This document shows positions 9,909 to 18,602 of a stretch of DNA of 64,000 bases, piece after piece; positions within the stretch are counted from its first letter, which is position 1, and each line of letters begins with the position of its first letter. The position numbers and the translations under genes were made by a program. Origin of the DNA: Deinococcales bacterium (GTDB lineage: Bacteria; Deinococcota; Deinococci; Deinococcales; JAAFIG01); NCBI GenBank assembly GCA_043778225.1, contig JAYWGM010000070.1, positions 1 through 64,000 of the forward strand. The letters are read 5' to 3'. The notes under the pieces were generated by a model. That model made no database searches and was not told where the DNA came from. It saw only the letters and a program-made list of their open reading frames with translations.

Positions 9909-11279
9909 CTAGTCGTTGGCGATTGCTTGTCGCTCGAGCATAGTGGTGATGCTTTTGGCGGCAATTTTACCATCCTGAACCGCCATCACCGTACTGGCAT
10001 CACCTTTTAAGCGCACGCAATCACCACCCGCAAAAACTTTGGGATTGCTGGTATGGTTGCCAGCATCAGTCACGATGTACCCATTTTGAAGCTCGAGTCC
10101 AAGAGCGGTCGCTAAATCGGTTTGCTTATTCTGCCCAATGGCTTTAATCACCATATCCACCTCGAGATGATGGTTGCTGCCCTGTACAACTTCGGGGCGC
10201 GGTCTGCCGCTTGAATCTGGTGCGCCAAGTTGCATGGTTACACACTCGAGACTTTTTACGCCACTCGAGTCGCCGTGAATCGCTACTGGCGTGGTCAAAA
10301 AACGGTATTCAATGCCTTCTTGTTTGGCAAATTCGTACTCAAAACCATAAGCCGTCATTTCGGCTTGGCTGCGACGGTAAACAAGAGTGACTCGAGCCGC
10401 GCCAAGCCGTTTAGCAATCGTGGCTGCATCTATGGCGGTGTTGCCCGCGCCAATGACCGCCACTTTTTTTCCAACTGGGATGCTCGAGTACGGGTTGGTT
10501 TTGGTCAGTTCGATAAAGTCTATGCCGTCCACCACGCCGCCCAAGTCTTCGCCAGCAATACCAAGTTTAGGCACATTGCCAAGTCCAGTACCGATAAAAA
10601 TCGCATCGTAGTCGCGCTCGAGGTCGGCAATTTGGATGTCTATGCCAACCGTGACCCCAGTTTTAATTTCCACGCCTAAACGCTTGACCATTTCGACTTC
10701 GGCAAGCGAAATTTCGACGGGTTCGCGGAATACCACAATGCCGTAAGTGCTTAACCCACCAGCCAAGTCTTTTTTCTCGAGGACAGTTACGCCATGCCCA
10801 AGTTTAGCCAGTTCAGCAGCGCAGCTTAGACCGGCGGGTCCAGCCCCGATGATCACAATTTTCTTGCCCGTTGGCTTGCCGGGCTTAAATAAATCCAGTT
10901 TGCGAGTTAGCACATAATCGGTGGCATAGCGTTGCAAGCGCCCAATTTCGATCGGTTTGTGGTCGCTGCCCAGCACACACGCCCCTTCGCAGAGTTCTTG
11001 TACTGGGCAAACCCGAGCGCAAGTGCTGCCTAAAAAATTACTCTCGAGAATCACCCGGGCGCTGCCACGGGTGTTTTCGGTGGCGATTTTTTTAATAAAA
11101 CTTGGTATATCAATGTGCGTTGGGCAAGCGTGAACACATGGCGCATCAAAGCAAAATAAGCACCTATTGGCTTCGATGACTGCTTCTCTGGGCGTAAGGG
11201 CAGGATGAATTTCTTGAAAGTTTTTCTCGAGTTGGTCAATGCCAAAAGGCGAAGTCTCGAGGCTGCTGGATGGTATCAT
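9909..11279 (-). CDS. preT: Dihydropyrimidine dehydrogenase subunit PreT (GltD-like flavoprotein)
   Basis: EANRCLFCFDAPCVHACPT, GAGPAG, GAGNTAID; adjacent to preA. Confidence 0.9.
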   Translation of the reverse strand: MIPSSSLETSPFGIDQLEKNFQEIHPALTPREAVIEANRCLFCFDAPCVHACPTHIDIPSFIKKIATENTRGSARVILESNFLGSTCARVCPVQELCEGACVLGSDHKPIEIGRLQRYATDYVLTRKLDLFKPGKPTGKKIVIIGAGPAGLSCAAELAKLGHGVTVLEKKDLAGGLSTYGIVVFREPVEISLAEVEMVKRLGVEIKTGVTVGIDIQIADLERDYDAIFIGTGLGNVPKLGIAGEDLGGVVDGIDFIELTKTNPYSSIPVGKKVAVIGAGNTAIDAATIAKRLGAARVTLVYRRSQAEMTAYGFEYEFAKQEGIEYRFLTTPVAIHGDSSGVKSLECVTMQLGAPDSSGRPRPEVVQGSNHHLEVDMVIKAIGQNKQTDLATALGLELQNGYIVTDAGNHTSNPKVFAGGDCVRLKGDASTVMAVQDGKIAAKSITTMLERQAIAND

Positions 11280-11353
11280 GTGACCTCCGAAAGAGAACGA
11301 AATGACCTTCGGGTGCAGCCCTCGCAGGAGCTATATTAACCTGTGTTTACACT

Positions 11354-12232
11354 TCATAGTTTATTGGGTGCGGCAGAGCCTGTCAAATTGATGATTAAAC
11401 CAACGCCACTTAAAATAATTAGGCAAGCTAAAACTTTGACCAGTGTGATTTGTTCACCCAAAAATAATGTCCCCCAGAGCATACTGAAAATTGGAATAAT
11501 CAGGGTCACGGTACTGGCTTTTTCTGCGCCTAGCTCGAGGATTAAACGAAAATATAATAAATACGCCACCGCCGTGCAGACCAATCCCAAGGCAAAAATA
11601 CAAAGAATCACGGTCTGATTCGGCAGACTGCGTGGTAAATCAAATGGCAGCACCAACGCCAAAGCAAGGCTCGAGGCAAGTTGTGAACCAACTGCCGCCC
11701 CAAGTGGCGGTGCGCCATTTAAGAATTTTTTGGTCAGATTGCTCGAGAGTCCATAGCAAAAAGTAGCAATCAGCATTGCCAGAATGGATAACGTGGTTTG
11801 TAGACTTGGCTCGAGTGGCGACCAGCCAACCAGCACCGCCACGCCAACCACACCAAGCAGCAAACCCAATCCTTTAGAGACCGTAAACTGTCCACCAAAA
11901 GCAATCGCGCCAATCAGCACACTCCACATTGGGGTGGTGGCGTTAAGAATAGCCGCCATCGAAGCGGTCAGTTTAAGTTGGGCAAAAGCAATCAGGGCAA
12001 AAGGAAAACCACTGTTCAGCACGCCAATAAGACCGTACTAACGCCACCGATGCCACTCGAGGTTGGCTCGAGTTACAGCCGCAAAAACCAACAAAGCCAC
12101 GCCAGCAATTAAAACCCGAGTTTCGGCTGTCCAAACTGCCCCAAGCACAGGGGCAATGACGCGGTAAAAAATAAAACTTGTTCCCCAAATGGCAGCCAGC
12201 AGTAAAAGCTGTACGGTACTGGCTCGAGTCAC
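11354..12232 (-). pseudogene. EamA/DMT transporter interrupted by an in-frame TAG at 12038-12040
   Basis: ORFs 12038-12286 and 11354-12022 share a frame; LLAAIWGTSF...WHRWR*YGLIGVLNSGFPF; GTG start overlaps the upstream TGA. Confidence 0.8.
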
Positions 12233-12615
12233 GAAACTGTACCCGCCGAAGCGGTTTGGCTTGGATTGACATAATGGGTGCGCCATTGTCCCTGAGCCAC
12301 CCCAAAAATCAGGGTGTCTTCAAAGCTGCCATCAAAATGCTTGGCATTGGCTGGTACAAGCAAATACGAACCCGCGCCATAAACCTTGAGCAAATCTGGT
12401 TCGTGTTGCTGACCATAGCCAAGGTGTAATGCGCCACTGACCACAAAAACTCGAGCCTCTTGGCTATGCCAGTGTGGTGCATCCCAAAAGCCGGCTGGAA
12501 TAAAAAAAGCATAACTGAATAATCCAACTTCACGCGAACCCTCGAGCAGCGCGTATTTTGTGCCATCCGTCCCGATTTCTTGCCAGACGATGTTATCGGT
12601 TTGCCATGCGTTCAT
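12229..12615 (-). CDS. Cupin-domain protein (DUF4437-like)
   Basis: PHWHS...VVSG...H cupin motifs; coupled to ogt by ATGA overlap. Confidence 0.75.
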   Translation of the reverse strand: MNAWQTDNIVWQEIGTDGTKYALLEGSREVGLFSYAFFIPAGFWDAPHWHSQEARVFVVSGALHLGYGQQHEPDLLKVYGAGSYLLVPANAKHFDGSFEDTLIFGVAQGQWRTHYVNPSQTASAGTVS

Positions 12616-13106
12616 AAAAACCTACTTTCATGCTCGAGCAACCATTTTTTGCGCTCTATCCCGCCAGCATAGCCCGTTAATTTGCCATTTGCACCAATCA
12701 CACGGTGGCACGGCAAAATTAAGCTAATTGGATTTAAGCCATTGGTCATGCCGACGGCTCGAGTGGCTTTTTGGTTGCCGATGTGGGTAGCCAGAGCCAA
12801 GTAGCTCCAAGTCTGACCGATTGGAATCTGCAAAAGTGCCTGCCAAACTTGTTGCTGAAAAACTGTGCCGCCAGTCTCGGTCGGGATGTTGTGTAACGCC
12901 TTGAGTTGCCCCGCAAAATAATTTTGTACGGTTTGAGTAAAAGCCAGTTCTCGAGGCTCGAGGTTGTAAACCCCAAAGCGTTGCTCGAGTAATTTAGCAA
13001 TACGTTCGGTGTTATCGGCAAAATCCAGTAACACCACAGCTTTTTCGTTTGCCACAAGCTGCATTTGACCAATTGGAGTCTCGAGAAAATCGGTGAATAA
13101 GTTCAT
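12612..13106 (-). CDS. ogt: Methylated-DNA--protein-cysteine methyltransferase
   Basis: PCHRV active site, RAVG, GYAGG..RKKWLL. Confidence 0.95.
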   Translation of the reverse strand: MNLFTDFLETPIGQMQLVANEKAVVLLDFADNTERIAKLLEQRFGVYNLEPRELAFTQTVQNYFAGQLKALHNIPTETGGTVFQQQVWQALLQIPIGQTWSYLALATHIGNQKATRAVGMTNGLNPISLILPCHRVIGANGKLTGYAGGIERKKWLLEHESRFL

Positions 13107-13143
13107 ATTCTACCCCTCAATAGCTAGGAAAGTCTTTGGTTTT

Positions 13144-13172
13144 TGTAGGGGCGAACCCCTGTGTTCGCCCTG
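13144..13172 (+). repeat. GTAG-type REP palindrome
   Basis: TGTAGGGGCGAACCCCTGTGTTCGCCCTG; near-identical inverted copy at 57933-57960. Confidence 0.8.
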
Positions 13173-13223
13173 TGAGACGATGTAATTTGAATTATCTTTG
13201 GAGAATGTTCTGAACTATCCTCT

Positions 13224-13286
13224 TCTGATACGACAGTTCATACAGCACCTCTGATACGGCAGTTCATACAGCACCTCTGATACGGC
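13224..13286. repeat. 26-bp tandem duplication of the adaA 3' end
   Basis: AGTTCATACAGCACCTCTGATACGGC at 13235-13260 and 13261-13286, plus a partial copy at 13224-13234. Confidence 0.9.
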
Positions 13287-13809
13287 GGTACTCAAGCGGT
13301 GGTACTTGCATCAAACGCTTAAAATTAGCATTGAACGCCGATAAACTATTAAACCCAACCTCCAAGGCAATTTCGGTAACGCTGTTACGACTCTGTTCGA
13401 GGTGCTGGCAAGCGGCTTCAATGCGTTTTTGGTTGAGAATTTCGGCAGGGGTGATGCCTTGGTGTTGCTTAAAAAGTCGGTAGAGTTTCGATGGGCTGAC
13501 GTGTGCTGCCAGCGCCATCTGACCAACGTTTTGAAACTCGAGTGCATTCTCGAGCAATGCCCTCACAATTTGGGCTTCGCGTTCAACTGGCGCGACGGCA
13601 TTAGGACGGCACAACTTACAAGCTCGAAAACCAGCCGCTTCGGCTGCGGATGGATTTTGATAGAAACGGCGTTGCTCGAGTTTGGGAATACGTGGTGGTT
13701 TACAACTTGGACGGCAATAAATGTGGGTGCTGCGAACCCCGACCACAAATAAACCATCGAGGCTCGAGTCACCACTAAAAGCACGGGAAAGCCAAAGGTC
13801 TTGTTTCAT
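13264..13809 (-). CDS. adaA: Ada Zn-binding domain plus AraC HTH regulator (AdaA-like)
   Basis: IYCRPSC and GFRACKLCRP Ada zinc motif; IALEVGFNSLSAF AraC motif. Confidence 0.85.
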   Translation of the reverse strand: MKQDLWLSRAFSGDSSLDGLFVVGVRSTHIYCRPSCKPPRIPKLEQRRFYQNPSAAEAAGFRACKLCRPNAVAPVEREAQIVRALLENALEFQNVGQMALAAHVSPSKLYRLFKQHQGITPAEILNQKRIEAACQHLEQSRNSVTEIALEVGFNSLSAFNANFKRLMQVPPLEYRRIRGAV

Positions 13810-13883
13810 GGTTTGTATTCTGAGGCTTTTGGACTTTGGGCGCTACCTGATTCTTGTCGGTAAATTCTGCTACACTCTGCGCC

Positions 13884-14213
13884 ATGAAGCTAATCGTGGT
13901 GATTGTCCAAGATACCGATGCCAATGCCTTAATCAAAGCCCTTGGTAAAGAGCGGCTCGAGGTCACAAAACTCGCCAGCACTGGTGGTTTTTTGCGTGAA
14001 GGCAACACCACACTTTTGATTGGGGTCGAAGAAGAACGGGTTGAAGCGGTCAAAACAATCCTGAAAGAAACCTGCCGTGCCAGAAAACGCCTTGTCATGC
14101 CAAATGCAGCTGTGGCGGAACACCCCGAACCAATGCTTTCTGAGCCAGTTGAAATACCTGTTGGTGGAGCAATTGCCTTTGTGGTCAACATTGAAGAAAC
14201 CTTTAAGGTTTAA
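13884..14213 (+). CDS. darA: PII-like cyclic-di-AMP receptor (DarA/PstA, DUF970)
   Basis: MKLIVVIVQD, TKLASTGGFLREGNTTLLIG, VGGA motifs. Confidence 0.88.
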   Translation: MKLIVVIVQDTDANALIKALGKERLEVTKLASTGGFLREGNTTLLIGVEEERVEAVKTILKETCRARKRLVMPNAAVAEHPEPMLSEPVEIPVGGAIAFVVNIEETFKV

Positions 14214-14220
14214 GAGCTAG

Positions 14221-14260
14221 GGTTAAAAGGTCAAAGGGTTAAAAGGTTAAAAGGTCAAAA
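14221..14260. repeat. Octamer tandem repeat GGTYAAAR x5
   Basis: GGTTAAAA GGTCAAAG GGTTAAAA GGTTAAAA GGTCAAAA. Confidence 0.8.
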
Positions 14261-14320
14261 GGTAGTTAGGATTTAATTTCACCTTGCCTTTGTTCTCATG
14301 CTTGGCTTTTATGCTGACTT

Positions 14321-16336
14321 ATGTTTTTAAGAATTTTGGCTTTACTGATAACACTTGTTTTCTCGAGTGCTACTGCTCAGAACTTGGCTTTTACTCGGCT
14401 CGAGAATGCTTTTTTGGGTAATCCACACCCGCAGATTTTGCCAGTGCCACAAAAAATAAAACTCGAGACTGGATTTTTGGCGCTTAAAGACTTGGGTATC
14501 AAACTCGAGGGCAACAACGAACTTTTAACTTGGGCAGCCCGAGACATCAATACAGAACTGAGTATGCGTGGTTTTACCGCGCTGTCGGGCGGTACAAAAC
14601 AAATTCGCATTGGCACACTCGAGAATGCAACCCTCAAAGCCGAAGCTGTGGCTCGAGGTTTAGTCCCAACCCAATCCGAGGGGTACGGGCTTTGGGTGGA
14701 CAGCACGGGGGTTGGTTTAATTGGTTTTGATGCGCTTGGCGCATACCGTGGAGCGCAGAGTTTACGGCAATTGCTTCAAAAAGACGGTTTTGGGTTTGCC
14801 AGTATTCTGGATTATCCAAGCCTACAAAGCCGCACGGCGATGATTTACCTCGATGCAGCCAGCCGAGGTGTCAACGATATTTTGATTCCCTTGTTGGCTA
14901 AACTTAAATTCTCGAGTTTGCTGGTGATGTCTAATTATGTGCGCTGGGAGAGCAGTAAAAACATCTGGCATCCCAACGGTGCAAGCAAAGATGAGGCGCG
15001 ACGCGTGGCAGAACTGATTCGCACCCACGGTATGAAAGCCATTCCTTTAATCGAAACGCCCGGTCATGCCCAATGGTTTTTTTACAACAACCAAAACCGT
15101 GACCTGATGCAAGACCCAGACTCCAAAGACCCTTACGCTTATAACACTTTGGATGAGCGGGTTTATCAGATTATTTTGCCGATTTTGTCCGAAGCGGTCG
15201 AGGTTTTTAAGCCCGAATTTGTGCATATTGGACACGATGAACTGGCGGCTCGAGACCGCTTCCCTGCTCGACCCGACGGTATGGCGCTTGGGCTTGGTAA
15301 ACTTTTTGCTGACCACGCGGTGCGCTTGTACACCCACCTTAAAAGCCTTGGGGTAGGTTCAATGATTTGGCATGATGTCGCTGCCACCGAAAGCCACCGC
15401 GAGACCATTTTGCCACTCTTGCCAAAAGACATGATTATCACTTATTGGAATTACAGCCCAGCCGCCGATTATCCACTTCTAGACTACATTCAAAAACAGG
15501 GTTTTCGGGTCATTGGCTCGAGTTGGTTTGCGGCTCGCAACCCCGAAAGCATGGCGAGCGCTGTGGCTCGAGTTGGGGCGTTTGGCGCACTGCAAACCCG
15601 TTGGAGCGGTTACTTTGGCAATGCCACGCTGCTGGATGGTCAAGTCGAACAGGGGATTGCTTATGTCCATGCGGGCAATGCTTTTTGGAACACCAACGCC
15701 CCAGCCCCCAAAGATAGTGCGGCGCGTTACCGCGATGCTCGGTTTCCAGCTAAAATTGCACCAGTGAGCGGCAAACTGATTGACCTCTCGAGCCTTGGCA
15801 CTCGAGGGCTGACCGACCCCGACGGAACACAATGGATTCAACGTGGCAACGAGATAGACCTGTCTGCCCTACCAATCGGTAAAAATGTTCGGCTGGGCGC
15901 ATATGCCTTTGATATTTCAAAAAGCATCATGCTCTGGGGGGCAAGACGCGAATGCCAAGACCTCCCCAAAAAAGTCAGCCTCGAGTTAAACCAAAGCGCC
16001 TCGAGTATTGCTTTTTTACATACGACGGGTTGGCTATCGCCTTTAACCAGCCCACGCACCAAAATCGGAGCGTACACCGTGCAGTACACCGATGGCACAA
16101 GTACAGCCATTCCGCTCGAGTACGGACGCAACATCAGCGCTTGGACTGAGCCACTGATTAAAACCACGCTTTTTGACCCTGTATGGTCTGGACAAACCAA
16201 AGGCGGCTTGGAAGTTGGCTTGGTGGTCATGCCGTGGCAAAACCCCAAGCCGAACGTAAGCATCAAAAGCATCACCCTCGAGAGTGCAGGGCTACAAAGC
16301 AACCCAATTCTGATTGGTTTAACGCTGCTGGACTGA
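14321..16336 (+). CDS. Secreted beta-N-acetylhexosaminidase (GH20)
   Basis: Signal peptide; IETPGH and VHIGHDE catalytic motifs; EGYGL GH20b domain. Confidence 0.85.
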   Translation: MFLRILALLITLVFSSATAQNLAFTRLENAFLGNPHPQILPVPQKIKLETGFLALKDLGIKLEGNNELLTWAARDINTELSMRGFTALSGGTKQIRIGTLENATLKAEAVARGLVPTQSEGYGLWVDSTGVGLIGFDALGAYRGAQSLRQLLQKDGFGFASILDYPSLQSRTAMIYLDAASRGVNDILIPLLAKLKFSSLLVMSNYVRWESSKNIWHPNGASKDEARRVAELIRTHGMKAIPLIETPGHAQWFFYNNQNRDLMQDPDSKDPYAYNTLDERVYQIILPILSEAVEVFKPEFVHIGHDELAARDRFPARPDGMALGLGKLFADHAVRLYTHLKSLGVGSMIWHDVAATESHRETILPLLPKDMIITYWNYSPAADYPLLDYIQKQGFRVIGSSWFAARNPESMASAVARVGAFGALQTRWSGYFGNATLLDGQVEQGIAYVHAGNAFWNTNAPAPKDSAARYRDARFPAKIAPVSGKLIDLSSLGTRGLTDPDGTQWIQRGNEIDLSALPIGKNVRLGAYAFDISKSIMLWGARRECQDLPKKVSLELNQSASSIAFLHTTGWLSPLTSPRTKIGAYTVQYTDGTSTAIPLEYGRNISAWTEPLIKTTLFDPVWSGQTKGGLEVGLVVMPWQNPKPNVSIKSITLESAGLQSNPILIGLTLLD

Positions 16337-17782
16337 AAAACTCCTCGAGACAAACCCAGCCAAATCCAGCGCCATTTGTTCTAAACTTGGTTTATGAACG
16401 TACATCATGTGTCCAGCCTCGTAATACTTGGTCTCGAGGTTCTGACGCAAATGGTTTGGGACTGCCAAGTGGTCAAATACATAGTCCGAAGCCCAATACG
16501 GGGTGGCGAGGTCGTAATAACCGTTTAAGACCATCACCCGTAAGTTTGGGTTCATGTTCATGGCTTTTCGCAAGGTCTCGGAAACATTGACGTATTTATT
16601 TTCAAATTCCTTGTATGACCACGGTTGCCAAACTTTCCAACTCAAGATTTCATAGACCACATCGGTTTCAAACCCAAGCTCGGAGCGCACATATTGGTTA
16701 AAGGCTGCCGTGTATGCACCATAAATCGCGGCGTAACTCGGGTCAAATTCAAAGTGCTGTCCTGCTGAATCACGGTCAGAAGCGGTAAACCTCGAGTCTA
16801 AGCGCCCGATAGTTTTACTTTTATGACGCAATAATTCTTTGCAAAAACGCATAATCTCGAGCCGTAAGTGCGAATGCTCAACAAATTCTTTAGAAATTCC
16901 GGTCAAACGCGCCACTTCTTTGACGACCCGCGTTCGTTCGTTGCCCTCGAGCCGATGCCCCTTAAATAAGGCGCTTTGGTAGGCACTTTGGGCAAATTCT
17001 TCGGCTTGGCGCAAATGTGACTCGAGCGATGCGCCTTTAACCTGACCATGGTAATGCGCCGTGGCAGCAAAAGCGGGCAAGTAAAGGGTGTGCGGTAAAT
17101 CGTTACCCAGTTCAAAACGAATCGTCGAAAAATCCAGCACCGTCGAAACCAGCACCAAGCCATTGAGGTAGACCCCGTGGCGTTCTTGCAAGTAACCCGC
17201 TAAACCACTGGCTCGGGTTGTGCCGTAACTTTCGCCAGCCAAAAATTTAGGCGATAACCAGCGCTGTTCGCGGCTGATAAACAAGCGAATAAAATCGCCA
17301 ACCGACTCTATATCCTTGGTAAAACCATAAAAATCTTTGGCTTTGCCGCCCTGCACGACCCTCGAGAAACCAGTGCCAACTGGGTCTATAAAGACCAAAT
17401 CCGAATCTGCCAATAAAGTTTGTGGGTTATCCTCGAGACCAAATGGCGGCGGGGTCAGTGCGCCAACATCGCCCATGACCACTTTACGCGGACCAAAGAC
17501 ACCCATGTGCAGCCAGACACTCGAGCTTCCGGGTCCGCCATTAAAACAAAAAGTAATCGGACGCTTGGCGGTCTCTGTGCCATTTAAGGTGTACGCCACA
17601 AAGAAAATCTGGGCTTGGGCTTGTTCGCCTTCCGAGACACCCTCTTTTTCGATTTCCGAACGCAGCACCATCGTGCCGACTCGAGCCGTGTACTCGAGTT
17701 TCTGCCCATGCAGCATCAGGCTGTGCTGGGTGGTGATGATTTTATCCTCGAGTGGCGGCACAACTTGGGTTTCTTCAGGCAT
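16319..17782 (-). CDS. Serine carboxypeptidase (S10)
   Basis: FNGGPGSSS, IDPVGTGFS, GESYG, YEAGHMMY. Confidence 0.92.
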   Translation of the reverse strand: MPEETQVVPPLEDKIITTQHSLMLHGQKLEYTARVGTMVLRSEIEKEGVSEGEQAQAQIFFVAYTLNGTETAKRPITFCFNGGPGSSSVWLHMGVFGPRKVVMGDVGALTPPPFGLEDNPQTLLADSDLVFIDPVGTGFSRVVQGGKAKDFYGFTKDIESVGDFIRLFISREQRWLSPKFLAGESYGTTRASGLAGYLQERHGVYLNGLVLVSTVLDFSTIRFELGNDLPHTLYLPAFAATAHYHGQVKGASLESHLRQAEEFAQSAYQSALFKGHRLEGNERTRVVKEVARLTGISKEFVEHSHLRLEIMRFCKELLRHKSKTIGRLDSRFTASDRDSAGQHFEFDPSYAAIYGAYTAAFNQYVRSELGFETDVVYEILSWKVWQPWSYKEFENKYVNVSETLRKAMNMNPNLRVMVLNGYYDLATPYWASDYVFDHLAVPNHLRQNLETKYYEAGHMMYVHKPSLEQMALDLAGFVSRSFSVQQR

Positions 17783-17790
17783 AAACCATT

Positions 17791-18246
17791 CTACGGCTTT
17801 TGGCGGTCGCTCGAGTCCATAATAATCGTGACTGGACCATCGTTGAGTAAACTAACTTTCATATCAGTTTGAAAAATCCCTTCTTGTACTTCCAAACCTT
17901 CATTCCGCAGTGCCTCGCAAAATTCACGGTATAAACGCCGTCCGTCTTCGCTGCTGGCGGCTTCGAGAAAACTTGGGCGATTACCGCCGCGAGTTTGGCT
18001 GTACAAGGTAAACTGCGAAACCGCCAAGACCGCGCCGCCAACTTGCTCGAGCGATACATTCATTTTGCCAGCAGGGTCGTTGAAAATCCGCAACTTGGCA
18101 ATTTTACGCGCCAAATAAGTGGCATCTTCTCGAGTATCCGATTTTTTAACCCCAAGCAGCACCAAAAAGCCCTGTTTGATGCTCGAGACAATTTTGTTGT
18201 CTACGGTCACACTGGCACTCGAAACGCGCTGCACCACCGCTCTCAC
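17791..18246 (-). CDS. dtd: D-aminoacyl-tRNA deacylase
   Basis: MRAVVQRV, SQFTL, NDGPVT. Confidence 0.96.
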   Translation of the reverse strand: MRAVVQRVSSASVTVDNKIVSSIKQGFLVLLGVKKSDTREDATYLARKIAKLRIFNDPAGKMNVSLEQVGGAVLAVSQFTLYSQTRGGNRPSFLEAASSEDGRRLYREFCEALRNEGLEVQEGIFQTDMKVSLLNDGPVTIIMDSSDRQKP

Positions 18247-18524
18247 GCTTGGGCTTTCTCGCCGCTCTCGAGTGGTATTTCTGCCAAAAGCTGGGTCAGG
18301 CTTTGCACCGCACTGGTCAAGGTGCTGGCTTCTTCGGCGTTTAAGTTACCTCGGGTTTTTTGGCTCAACATCTCGAGTAAGCGCAAACTGCGTTCGGCGG
18401 TGGCTCGATTGCGGCTCAGACCATCGCGGTTCATTCGGGCGGTCAGGGCGTTAAATTGTCCAAGGCTGGTTTCGGCAGCCGCCGTTAAGCTATGAATCAG
18501 ACCCAAAAAATCAGTATTTGCCAT
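18243..18524 (-). CDS. DUF1844 family protein
   Basis: LLEMLSQKTRGNLNAEE motif; ATGA overlap with dtd. Confidence 0.8.
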   Translation of the reverse strand: MANTDFLGLIHSLTAAAETSLGQFNALTARMNRDGLSRNRATAERSLRLLEMLSQKTRGNLNAEEASTLTSAVQSLTQLLAEIPLESGEKAQA

Positions 18525-18602
18525 GGCTTATAAATTAACAGTTTTTTTGCTCGAGCAATGGGCTTCTCGAGCCACCTATTTCTCGGGTACAATAGTCACA
18601 TC

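Noticed and set aside
11280..11350. Riboswitch in the preT leader
   Set aside because: Only a weak hairpin touching the SD, with no recognisable aptamer consensus
12038..12040. Pyrrolysine or recoded TAG
   Set aside because: TAG ends several normal genes here (preT, mutS2, terC) and no pyl genes are present
13224..13286. Direct repeats as a mini CRISPR array
   Set aside because: Copies are contiguous with no spacers, duplicate the adaA end, and no cas genes are nearby
14319..14337. RDRM radiation-response motif
   Set aside because: Only the left half matches, and it overlaps a glycosidase start codon
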